DNA from: a virus
Length of the DNA stretch: 47,070 nt
Strand: one strand, 5' to 3'
Virus record (IMG/VR): IMGVR_UViG_3300027909_000011
Location: 1 to 47,070 of that record
Position numbers and translations under genes: made by a program
Part shown: one piece after another, positions 19,947 to 27,195 of the stretch
Layout: each line of letters begins with the position of its first letter
Numbering within the stretch: position 1 is the first letter of the stretch
The notes under the pieces: model-generated
Databases searched by the model: none
Told to the model about the DNA's origin: nothing
The model's input: only the letters and a program-made list of their open reading frames with translations

Positions 19947-20284
19947 TACGTTGTACTATCTGTAGCACCTAATTGGACTAAAGCAGCTACAACACTGGCT
20001 AATGCAGCATTACCTGCCTTGGAACCAGTAATTGTAATTCCATCTAGAGCACCCTTATAAGGTAATCCAATCCTATGGTTATGATCCCCAGCGGCCGCCT
20101 GATCATGCTTGGAACCAAGCGAATGATGCTGCGCTGTTTGTGAACTATCAAGATCACTTCGCTCATGGAATGCTTTTACAGTCTGAGCATCAACTGAACC
20201 GGCATCTGATCTGTCAAATTCACCTTTGTACTGATTCCCCCCGACCTGATACTTAGGTAAATCCCTTGGATCATTCATCGTCAT
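19946..20284 (-). CDS. Fibre-associated / minor tail-like protein (HHSLG...GDHNH motif)
   Basis: 112-aa ORF. SDLDSSQTAQHHSLGSKHDQAAAGDHNH matches a motif I recall from actinophage minor tail/fibre proteins (recalled from memory, not searched). Confidence 0.45.
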   Translation of the reverse strand: MTMNDPRDLPKYQVGGNQYKGEFDRSDAGSVDAQTVKAFHERSDLDSSQTAQHHSLGSKHDQAAAGDHNHRIGLPYKGALDGITITGSKAGNAALASVVAALVQLGATDSTT

Positions 20285-20829
20285 GTGAGACTACCTGCCC
20301 AAATAACAGACAACGCCATACCCTCCGCAAATGTATTACCATCTGCGTTAAGCGCAGCACCTGAGTTCTGGAACAAAGCGCCAGTAATAACATCATTAGT
20401 AACAAAAGCGAAGAAATCAGAAATCTTAACTCCGTTAGCACCACCAGTGAAACTAAGGTCTACAATGGATAATAAACTAGTTCCATTCTTACGAATATCT
20501 CCACGACGTACACCTGTAGCATTGGCTGCGAATGAGGCATTTAAACTAACATAATAGATTCCATCTTTTCGAATAGTAATAGCATCGTTAGTAAGGTTTA
20601 CCATTGCCCCCTCAGGACGGGCAGCATAGGTATCAAATCCAGTAGTATTAAAAGCTGCAAGAGTTAAAGCGTTATTAGGAACTGATTGGGCTACTGAAGC
20701 CGTCATCTTTGCTGCGGGAATAAAATTAGCATCAATCTTATCCGAATTTGCATTGATTAAAGCAACTGAAACAAGCTCGGCCCCATCTGGTTTGGATAGG
20801 ATTAACCGAGGCGTCGTAGTGACAGTCAT
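20281..20829 (-). CDS. Fibre / receptor-binding-like protein
   Basis: 182-aa ORF. The N-terminus TTPRLILSKPDGAELVSVALINANSDKIDANF resembles conserved fibre N-termini. The remainder is predicted beta-rich. Confidence 0.4.
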   Translation of the reverse strand: MTVTTTPRLILSKPDGAELVSVALINANSDKIDANFIPAAKMTASVAQSVPNNALTLAAFNTTGFDTYAARPEGAMVNLTNDAITIRKDGIYYVSLNASFAANATGVRRGDIRKNGTSLLSIVDLSFTGGANGVKISDFFAFVTNDVITGALFQNSGAALNADGNTFAEGMALSVIWAGSLT

Positions 20830-21485
20830 AAATTAGCCTCTAACTCAGGAGGGGACTGAACGACTTCAACTCCCATATTAGCACCAGAGTCAAGAGCAGT
20901 AAGTAATTTTAGATCATGAGCAATTGCCATCAAGGCGGCGGGGTCTTGGACATGCGTTGCAATGATTTCAAAGATTCGGTTAATAAGTGCTCTAATATCG
21001 ACGCCTGAGTCCTTACCTGTGTATCGTCCTGTAATCTCGTAATAGAATTTAAGCGCGCCAATATCACCCGATTGTACTCGATCAATGAGCGCAGCATGCG
21101 CTTCTGGGATCGAATCTCCAAGTATTTGTTCCGCTCGCTTTGCATAGTACTCCTTAAAGGAGGAGTTCTGCTTCCATCCATCCCAAATCTTAGTAGTGAT
21201 TCCTAATTCACTTAGTCGCTTTTTATAGCTTCGCCCATCTAATGGGTCTAGCATCGTCTGAATTGCCGTGATCTGGTCTGGTGTTAAATCCCTTCCGGCT
21301 ACAGCCGGCATCCCTCTGGCTTCGAAGGATTTCACTACCAATTCATCACTGAGAATCTCGTTCAATTGCCTAGTTGTCAGATCGAACTTCTCCCGAATTT
21401 CCTCCGGCGGCGGAAGTCGGCCGTCTCCAAACCAGGACATCTCACAATAAGTAATGATACGTTGAGCTAATTGATCTAATTTCAT
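20826..21485 (-). CDS. Hypothetical protein, candidate small terminase / DNA-binding subunit
   Basis: 219-aa helical ORF near the head of the leftward operon. The call is from position and general character (…ALKFYYEITGRY…) only. Confidence 0.35.
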   Translation of the reverse strand: MKLDQLAQRIITYCEMSWFGDGRLPPPEEIREKFDLTTRQLNEILSDELVVKSFEARGMPAVAGRDLTPDQITAIQTMLDPLDGRSYKKRLSELGITTKIWDGWKQNSSFKEYYAKRAEQILGDSIPEAHAALIDRVQSGDIGALKFYYEITGRYTGKDSGVDIRALINRIFEIIATHVQDPAALMAIAHDLKLLTALDSGANMGVEVVQSPPELEANL

Positions 21486-22003
21486 ATCCGACGATACCTT
21501 CCACTAATCCTCCATGTAGTTACTGCATCTTCTAAAGGTGCATAATCCCATTCGATAGCATTACATGCAACTCGGAGTTGTTGAGGAACTCCACGCTGGT
21601 CATTGTTTTCGTAATCCCTGATCGGGTCTGGATGTACGCATATTCTTTTACAAAATCCAATTCTAGATAGTCCTTGAGATTCTCTATAGAATACCAGGGG
21701 ATTCGTATAGCCTGCATATCCACTAAGTACTTCCTTGAAGGATTGATACTCATTAGCGAAAGTTTCTCTTTTATTTTTAACTAATTGGTGATAACTCGAA
21801 ATTAAATCCTTAGTTGATACTCCGTAATACCACCCTAATTGATCTAGAAATCTACGTGGTGGTTCAGTGAATAATGCCTGCTCTAACCGGACAATCATAT
21901 GCCTACTAACACCAATGGTTGCAGCAATCTCTGCTTGGGTGTATCCTGCTGCTACCCGATAGGAGGCCCAGGTATGAACCCCAACCATATCCTCTATAGC
22001 CAC
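21482..22003 (-). CDS. Helix-turn-helix (XRE-like) DNA-binding protein, first gene of the leftward arm
   Basis: HTH segment GYTQAEIAATIGVSRHMIVRLEQ plus a second HTH-like segment LSRIGFCKRICVHPDPIRDYE. The start is moved to GTG 22003, preceded by GGAAGGAG with a 6-nt spacer. The track ATG at 22084 has no ribosome-binding site. Confidence 0.6.
   Translation of the reverse strand: MAIEDMVGVHTWASYRVAAGYTQAEIAATIGVSRHMIVRLEQALFTEPPRRFLDQLGWYYGVSTKDLISSYHQLVKNKRETFANEYQSFKEVLSGYAGYTNPLVFYRESQGLSRIGFCKRICVHPDPIRDYENNDQRGVPQQLRVACNAIEWDYAPLEDAVTTWRISGRYRRI
21919..21947 (+). promoter_or_regulatory. Candidate rightward promoter TTGCAG-N17-TATCCT
   Basis: Read from sequence. It is followed by AGGAGG (21961-21966) and ATG 21974, and it faces the leftward promoter at 22056..22029. 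Confidence 0.3.
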
Positions 22004-22261
22004 AATGCACTCCTTCCTCTCATATCTGATGGTACACGAAACGATATTCTTGTCAAGGAGAAAAGGATAACGAGTGCTACACATCGGGACTACTCGATTC
22101 GGCTACAGGGGGTGTTGTTATTTGCAGTCTGGGATGCAGCGAAGAAAATAGGTGTTACACCAGGAGAGTATATGAAGTCTGCTATAGAAAAGGATTTGGT
22201 ACGTGGCGGTTGGCTTCCTAAATGGTGGTATACAAGGAAATTTGGGCGTGTGCAGGGATAA
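21974..22261 (+). CDS. Candidate ribbon-helix-helix (Arc/CopG-like) protein
   Basis: 95-aa ORF with AGGAGG 7 nt upstream. It occupies otherwise unannotated DNA from 22004 to 22261. YSIRLQGVLLFAVWDAAKKIGVTPGEYMKSAIEKDLVRGG fits a strand-helix-helix layout like Arc. It is uncertain because it overlaps the leftward promoter. Confidence 0.35.
   Translation: MNPNHILYSHNALLPLISDGTRNDILVKEKRITSATHRDYSIRLQGVLLFAVWDAAKKIGVTPGEYMKSAIEKDLVRGGWLPKWWYTRKFGRVQG
22029..22056 (-). promoter_or_regulatory. Leftward promoter TTGACA-N16-TACCAT
   Basis: The minus strand reads TCCTTGACAagaatatcgtttcgtgTACCATcag. It lies about 20 nt upstream of the GGAAGGAG ribosome-binding site and GTG 22003. Confidence 0.55.
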
Positions 22262-22443
22262 AGGGGTGCTACACTATCAATTGTGGGGTTATCTAGTAAT
22301 AGATAGGGGACTACGTCCAGTGGAAAAGGCGCCAAAATTCCCGACAACATGATAATCGATCATACGTTCGATTAAGATGGCAAAGAAATAACGACGCAAT
22401 TAAATGCGCCGTTAATGGTTAATACCTAATGCATCTGCGCCAA

Positions 22444-22461
22444 TCCAATAGTGCCATTCCC
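22444..22461. repeat. Left arm of the inverted repeat bracketing the flavoprotein gene
   Basis: TCCAATAGTGCCATTCCC matches the reverse complement of 23893..23910 at 16 of 18 positions, with a 13-nt perfect core CAATAGTGCCATT. It ends 8 nt beyond the stop codon. Confidence 0.8.
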
Positions 22462-22468
22462 TCACCCT

Positions 22469-23845
22469 TTATGAAAGCTTGGTTGCCAGTACTGCGGTGC
22501 GAGTCGCTAACCTAAACATTGCGACTCTGTTATTGCCAATGTCACTAACACCATTGGCGCTTTCCTCAGAATCGAAATCGATTTCGGCACGCGGACCAAT
22601 ACGGAATCTCTGTGCTTGTCCGAAATCCTCTTCATTGCGCACTGCAATAACACGCGACCGCCTGGCATCGTCGGCATAAATGCGCTCATTGTAGAACCAA
22701 TCCATGCCGGGAATGGTAATGCGATCATTGCCAGTGGCGATTACCACTAGGTCGTATTGACGGCCATTGATCAATACACCACCACTAGGCAATGCAATGG
22801 GAGAAACAACTTGGTTGAATACATTCAACTTCTGATTTCCCATTGCGTCCGGCCGGAGATAGCGACCAATTGCACGATAGCGACCACGGTTCGCCCGACA
22901 GTAATCCTCGTAATCACTCTCTACATTGTTGGCGAACCAATCAAGACGATTCACCGTGTCCAATTCTGCCGCGCTCATGAATGATTGCGGCGCCAATCCG
23001 AGAAATGACTCAACAGCACATTTCCCGGAATCTCCTCCACCAATTACGGCGACATTGCGGAGACCACGCAATGGCCACATTCCCGTCATACGGTTCATGA
23101 ATTGCGGGAATGTAAGAATGGATTCACCATTTGCCCGATCACCATTCTTTGGATCACCGAGACCGGTTGAATCAATTACCCTCTTGGCAAGAATAACGCG
23201 CTCATCATTCGTACCATAACTGCTATAGGTAACTGCGAATGTGTCGTCCCCATCATCCACACTAATTACCTTTGCACTCGGAAATACCCGGGTGTATCCG
23301 GATTGTGCGAATGTCAGCCGGATGATGAATGCCATATCGGCATTCGTTTGGTACTCCGCATTCGAGAGTGCAGACGCTTGAATGGGAGCGCCGGGAAGGT
23401 AATTCAACTGCGCCTCGTTATCACGCGAAATACCCGCAAATCCCCGGCGGTTGCGTGAATTGAGATTGAACACTCCCGGATATGTACCATCCTGACCGGG
23501 AATGGCAAACACCCCACCAATAGTCGGAGCGCTTTCGAGAATTAGCGGCATCTGCTTTCCGAGTAATACCCGGGTTGCCGCATAAACAGCTGCATGGAAA
23601 CCGCTACCAATGATCAATTCATCGGTATTACCCGGAATGTTAACAAGGGAACGGTTAGTGCGAAATGCCCTATCCATTGCCTTGTTTGCCACATCGCGAG
23701 CGCCGGAGTCCAGTGCAATTCCCGTCAACTGCGCCTGCAATTCTGACGGGAATTCATTTACGCGCTCCATAATCATCGATAATCCCGGAGACCGAGTCTC
23801 CCGGACCTTTTCGATAATGCGCGCAACAAGATTACTTGGCTGCAT
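22469..23845 (-). CDS. FAD/NAD(P)-binding flavoprotein (class B monooxygenase-like or pyridine-nucleotide-disulfide-oxidoreductase fold)
   Basis: 458-aa ORF with two dinucleotide-binding motifs (ELIIGSGFHAAVYAA and VAVIGGGDSGKCAVE) and a C-terminal DLVVIATGND motif. This pattern resembles the Lys/Orn N-monooxygenase family. The first about 70 residues are an extension of unknown function. Confidence 0.7.
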   Translation of the reverse strand: MQPSNLVARIIEKVRETRSPGLSMIMERVNEFPSELQAQLTGIALDSGARDVANKAMDRAFRTNRSLVNIPGNTDELIIGSGFHAAVYAATRVLLGKQMPLILESAPTIGGVFAIPGQDGTYPGVFNLNSRNRRGFAGISRDNEAQLNYLPGAPIQASALSNAEYQTNADMAFIIRLTFAQSGYTRVFPSAKVISVDDGDDTFAVTYSSYGTNDERVILAKRVIDSTGLGDPKNGDRANGESILTFPQFMNRMTGMWPLRGLRNVAVIGGGDSGKCAVESFLGLAPQSFMSAAELDTVNRLDWFANNVESDYEDYCRANRGRYRAIGRYLRPDAMGNQKLNVFNQVVSPIALPSGGVLINGRQYDLVVIATGNDRITIPGMDWFYNERIYADDARRSRVIAVRNEEDFGQAQRFRIGPRAEIDFDSEESANGVSDIGNNRVAMFRLATRTAVLATKLS

Positions 23846-23847
23846 TT

Positions 23848-23889
23848 CCCTTACCTTTCATTTCGAATTTAGGCATGACTAGGTAAGGG
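23848..23889 (-). promoter_or_regulatory. 5' leader hairpin sequestering the ribosome-binding site of the flavoprotein gene
   Basis: The mRNA reads CCCTTACCT-(24 nt)-AGGTAAGGG-AA-AUG. The 9-bp perfect stem pairs the only purine-rich Shine-Dalgarno-like element. Confidence 0.45.
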
Positions 23890-23892
23890 TTT

Positions 23893-23910
23893 GGAAATGG
23901 CACTATTGAA
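23893..23910. repeat. Right arm of the inverted repeat bracketing the flavoprotein gene
   Basis: GGAAATGGCACTATTGAA is the reverse-complement partner of 22444..22461. It lies 48 nt upstream of the ATG. Confidence 0.8.
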
Positions 23911-24150
23911 TTGACAAATTGCGTGCGAGCGCGGCAATCCCCGCTAGGTCGTCACCGCTTCGCTGGCTTGGAACATGTTCCAAGCCTAATCGTTTCCATC
24001 GTTGTAGACCAAATTTGTCCCACTATTTGGGCAGCTGTCTCATTTGATTTTTGACTACCCAAAGGTAGACTTGATTCATTACAGAAATACGGACAGTGTC
24101 GGCCGGCACTACTCTCCGTAATGGAGAGTAGTTGGCGCATGCCGCCAGGT

Positions 24151-24320
24151 GGAAACTGTCGGTCGATCTGTCTATCTGTCTATATGCCTGAGCGGAATCT
24201 GTCTGTCGAATTGCTAAATGAAATCACTGTAAGCCGATACCTCTGTCAAAATAGGAATTAATTTAAAATAGCTACAGGGATAATCAGATAACTTTGATTT
24301 CGAACATGACAAACTGTCAG
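24151..24320 (+). repeat. Array of same-orientation CTGTC boxes
   Basis: CTGTC occurs at 24156, 24168, 24176, 24199, 24203, 24243 and 24314. ATCTGTCT occurs three times (24166, 24174, 24197). GTGGAAACTGTCgGTC at 24149-24164 recurs at 25713-25728. Confidence 0.7.
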
Positions 24321-24345
24321 ACAAAGTGACGGAGAGTGCGTAATG

Positions 24346-24371
24346 GTGTAGGGGTATCTATACCCCTACAC
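24346..24371. promoter_or_regulatory. 26-bp palindrome (operator- or origin-like)
   Basis: GTGTAGGGGTAT-ct-ATACCCCTACAC has 12-bp perfect arms. There is no T-run on either side. Confidence 0.6.
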
Positions 24372-24395
24372 AACACCATACCGCCCTATCTCCGG

Positions 24396-24624
24396 TTTGA
24401 CCTCGTTTGACACCACAAAACCGCAGGTCAGGGGCTTGTCGAACACTTTGTCATACATTGTCAGTCAACGCAGTTGACAACCACTACCCTGCATTGCGTG
24501 CATTGCACTACACACAGTAGCATTGACAACTAAACTGACTACACAGAGTAGGTTTGACATGCTCTCCGAACTGGCTTGACCTGGATTGACAGGCTTGTCA
24601 CGAGAGGCAGCATGACCCTTGTCA
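24396..24624 (+). repeat. Array of 12 same-orientation TTGAC/TTGTC boxes (iteron- or -35-like)
   Basis: Boxes start at 24397, 24407, 24436, 24448, 24458, 24474, 24523, 24554, 24576, 24586, 24595 and 24619. Several neighbours are 9-12 bp apart. Confidence 0.7.
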
Positions 24625-24648
24625 CAGGACAGAACTCACCAGTAACTT
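24619..24648 (+). promoter_or_regulatory. Early promoter candidate TTGTCA-N18-TAACTT
   Basis: Read from sequence. The -10 box fits the actinobacterial TANNNT pattern. Confidence 0.45.
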
Positions 24649-24660
24649 AGGGGCTTATCC

Positions 24661-24688
24661 TTTACACTCCGTAGTGAAGTGGTAACTT
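24661..24688 (+). promoter_or_regulatory. Early promoter candidate TTTACA-N16-(TGg)TAACTT
   Basis: It has an extended -10 (TGGTAACTT) and the same TAACTT hexamer as the unit 40 bp upstream. It lies about 55 nt before ATG 24744. Confidence 0.5.
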
Positions 24689-24743
24689 AAAATTATGTCC
24701 TCTACCCCTTGTGTACCACCCGATATGGCTGCATACTTGAGAC

Positions 24744-25580
24744 ATGACCAACCACCCCGAACACACAGAAAAGGATCAGGTCATGACCGAGCAGACCACG
24801 GCTCCTGTAGCCGAAAACCCTGAGGCCACTACCCCGGCAATTGCTGAGGCAGACCTCCCCGATTTGGCTAAGGCCCTGATTATGGCCGCGCGTCCCGTTA
24901 GGGATAATGCGGTCAAGGTCTCAGCTAAGATTTCCGCTGCTGGCAATATCGGCGAGACACTTACCGAGGCAGTCGAAAAGTCCGAGGACCCCGAAATCGT
25001 GGGTTGGCGGACCAAGATCGAAAAGGCAAATGCGCTTATCCTTGACCTGACCAATAAGGCGCAGGAAAAGGTTCGGCCCACTCTCGACATTCCCTCGGAT
25101 GAGGATTTGGAGAAGCTGGATACCGAGTATCGCGAACTTGCCCAGCAAATCAACGCGTACAATAACGTATTCGGCAACGAAGTTTCGCGGTCGGATAACG
25201 TTCCGGATGACGCCAAGGTTTCAATTTACACTTACATTGGCGATTTGCCCGGTCGTAGGCGTGGTGCTCGTCCGGGGCAGGGATCAGGTACAGCCCGGCC
25301 GCGAGTTAAGAGTGTTGAATTCACTCATGACCTCGCGGGCGAAAAGGATTGGCAGAAGGTCGGCACGGACGACTCTTCTACCTTTACTCACCTTGCCGCA
25401 GTAGTTAAGCGAGAGTCCAAGCAAGAGGTTACCGCTGCTGATTTCCACGAGCCGTGGCTTGCTGCATATCCTACGGCTGGCGGCGACTGGCAGAAACTGC
25501 CGGAGGTCACTACCTTTAGTTACTCGACTACCGATTCTGAGGGTAAGACTTTCCAGTACATGGTTCGGGTTACCAAGTAA
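24744..25580 (+). CDS. Early protein of unknown function (acidic N-terminus), apparently monocistronic
   Basis: 278-aa ORF. An alternative start at ATG 24783 is preceded by AAAGGA. The gene is bracketed by promoter candidates upstream and by two hairpins downstream, one of them a canonical terminator. Confidence 0.7.
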   Translation: MTNHPEHTEKDQVMTEQTTAPVAENPEATTPAIAEADLPDLAKALIMAARPVRDNAVKVSAKISAAGNIGETLTEAVEKSEDPEIVGWRTKIEKANALILDLTNKAQEKVRPTLDIPSDEDLEKLDTEYRELAQQINAYNNVFGNEVSRSDNVPDDAKVSIYTYIGDLPGRRRGARPGQGSGTARPRVKSVEFTHDLAGEKDWQKVGTDDSSTFTHLAAVVKRESKQEVTAADFHEPWLAAYPTAGGDWQKLPEVTTFSYSTTDSEGKTFQYMVRVTK

Positions 25581-25593
25581 CCCCAATTGATTT

Positions 25594-25635
25594 GGTCGGC
25601 CCTGTAGCCGAGAGAAATCTCCTACAGGGTCGGCC
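25594..25635 (+). promoter_or_regulatory. 14-bp hairpin built from the CCCTGTAG/CTACAGGG motif pair
   Basis: GGTCGGCCCTGTAG-(14 nt)-CTACAGGGTCGGCC (two G-U pairs in RNA). It starts 14 nt after the stop codon. Confidence 0.5.
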
Positions 25636-25669
25636 AAACCATCACAATGAACCAAACGATATGAAGTTG

Positions 25670-25705
25670 AGGGCAGGGAGTGTTAGCTCCCTGCCCTTTT
25701 CTTTT
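25670..25705 (+). terminator. Rho-independent terminator
   Basis: AGGGCAGGGAG-tgttag-CTCCCTGCCCT followed by TTTCTTTTATT. Confidence 0.85.
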
Positions 25706-25743
25706 ATTCCGCGTGGAAACTGTCTGTCTAGGAGCCATCCGTT

Positions 25744-26364
25744 ATGGAACAGTATGTTGGTATCCCACTCGAAGAAAAGGTAATGAAGTGGGCATACGAT
25801 AATCCGTTCTTCACTCACAAAGACTTAGCCGAAATCTTTCCCAATGAACATTGGCGCCGTATCTATCGTGCCATGAATGAACTTGAGAAGGCTCATCGTA
25901 TTAGATTCACTGGTACATACAAAGGTAAGCAGCGAGTCTTCACGACTCTAGAAGTAAGTGAATTGCCGACGATTCTGGACGCAAAAGGTAACTCGGCGGT
26001 CATTAGTCAGTATGTGAAGAACATGGCGCACCTATATGCCAATCATCCATTGACTTGGAATAGGTTAATGGAGTTGAATGAGTTCCCAATTACCGTTCTG
26101 CGCATGTTCCTCATTCCTCAATTAGAGGGTAAAGAACAGAGGCAACTCTATCATCAGGTAGTCAGTGAGTTAGTTAAATACCGTGCCTCATTGACAAGCC
26201 TGCTAGAATCAGTAGATAGAATTATCAAACACCCGACTATGAGCGGGGATGTTGATCATTTTCTCAGCGTATTTGATGGCGATGATAAAGAACTTCCTTC
26301 GCCCATTGACATGAATAACGCCAAACTCTGGTATAATAAGAATTGGACTCATGAAGATGAGTAA
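25744..26364 (+). CDS. Winged-helix DNA-binding-like protein
   Basis: 206-aa ORF. FTHKDLAEIFPNEHWRRIYRAMNELEKAHRIRFTGTYKGKQRVF fits a helix-turn-helix plus wing. TAGGAG lies upstream. Confidence 0.45.
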   Translation: MEQYVGIPLEEKVMKWAYDNPFFTHKDLAEIFPNEHWRRIYRAMNELEKAHRIRFTGTYKGKQRVFTTLEVSELPTILDAKGNSAVISQYVKNMAHLYANHPLTWNRLMELNEFPITVLRMFLIPQLEGKEQRQLYHQVVSELVKYRASLTSLLESVDRIIKHPTMSGDVDHFLSVFDGDDKELPSPIDMNNAKLWYNKNWTHEDE

Positions 26365-26662
26365 TCCCTATGAAGAGTATGTACTTGCCCAAGTCAAATA
26401 TCATTTAGATCAAGCAGCCGGACATAGAGATAATGCAGCCGATATTTCTGATCAATTAACTGAGGCAAATGAAACTTATGAATGGCCACAAAGATTGGTA
26501 GACGAGCGCATTGCTAATTTATCCGCCGCTAACTATCATGCCACTATGGCTCAAGTATTTGCAATTCAAATTGGCCAATGGTATGAATACGATGGCGAGT
26601 GGGCCGCTCCTCAATGGTTAATCGATCAATGGAAGGCAGAACCAGATGATGGACAAGACTGA
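26351..26662 (+). CDS. Hypothetical protein
   Basis: 103-aa ORF overlapping its neighbours by 14 and 17 nt on the same strand. Confidence 0.55.
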   Translation: MKMSNPYEEYVLAQVKYHLDQAAGHRDNAADISDQLTEANETYEWPQRLVDERIANLSAANYHATMAQVFAIQIGQWYEYDGEWAAPQWLIDQWKAEPDDGQD

Positions 26663-27038
26663 CGGTGAACTTGCGGCTGAACTCAAGGATATGGATGAGA
26701 TTACCCAAATGATCATTACCGTCATTGATGAGCACGGTAATGCCCACAGGATTCCAGATGAAAAGAAACAAGCCGAAGCACTTCATACTAACCTCCTTGT
26801 CATGCAGGAACTAAACCGCCGCGCTGTAGCCAAGCAAAATGCAGAGGGCGAATTGATGGTTTGTTGGGCACGAGGTAGTACAAATGAGGCCGGCAATACT
26901 GACTATGATGCTTGGATTCACGTAGATTGTGATGATGGTCCCCCCGAATGGGATAAGATCATGATTTCCGAAGACATCAAGGCTAAGAAATGTCTTGCCT
27001 GTGGACACACATTAGATCGGACCTTAGACACGGAGTAG
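26646..27038 (+). CDS. Hypothetical protein
   Basis: 130-aa ORF in operon context, with a C-terminal CLACGH motif. Confidence 0.55.
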   Translation: MMDKTDGELAAELKDMDEITQMIITVIDEHGNAHRIPDEKKQAEALHTNLLVMQELNRRAVAKQNAEGELMVCWARGSTNEAGNTDYDAWIHVDCDDGPPEWDKIMISEDIKAKKCLACGHTLDRTLDTE

Positions 27039-27042
27039 GAGA

Positions 27043-27195
27043 ATGCCATACAAATCAGCTAAACAAAGGGCATTCATGCATATCCATCATCCTGAGATTG
27101 CTAGTCGATGGGATGAAAAGTATGGTGGGGAAGTCCATTCGGACTCACCTCGTAAGAAGGCATTAAAGAAGCGGATCGATAAGGGGAAGCAATGA
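27043..27195 (+). CDS. Small basic protein (not in the ORF track, 50 aa)
   Basis: ATG 27043 follows GGAGTAGGAGA. The product is MPYKSAKQRAFMHIHHPEIASRWDEKYGGEVHSDSPRKKALKKRIDKGKQ. Its stop overlaps the next start (ATGA). Confidence 0.45.
   Translation: MPYKSAKQRAFMHIHHPEIASRWDEKYGGEVHSDSPRKKALKKRIDKGKQ

Noticed and set aside
22090-22350. The 86-aa minus-strand ORF between the HTH gene and the flavoprotein gene.
   Set aside because: It is antisense to the better-supported RHH-like ORF, has no ribosome-binding site, and would start downstream of the flavoprotein cassette without a promoter.
22469-23845. The flavoprotein gene as a clear GC-content island.
   Set aside because: Spot counts of 60-nt lines gave about 45-53% GC, which overlaps the range seen elsewhere in the genome (about 35-53%). 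The difference needs proper computation, so it was not used as evidence.
23952-24140. The 62-aa minus-strand ORF in the control region.
   Set aside because: It has no ribosome-binding site and an odd composition. It sits in repeat- and hairpin-rich DNA and is most likely non-coding.
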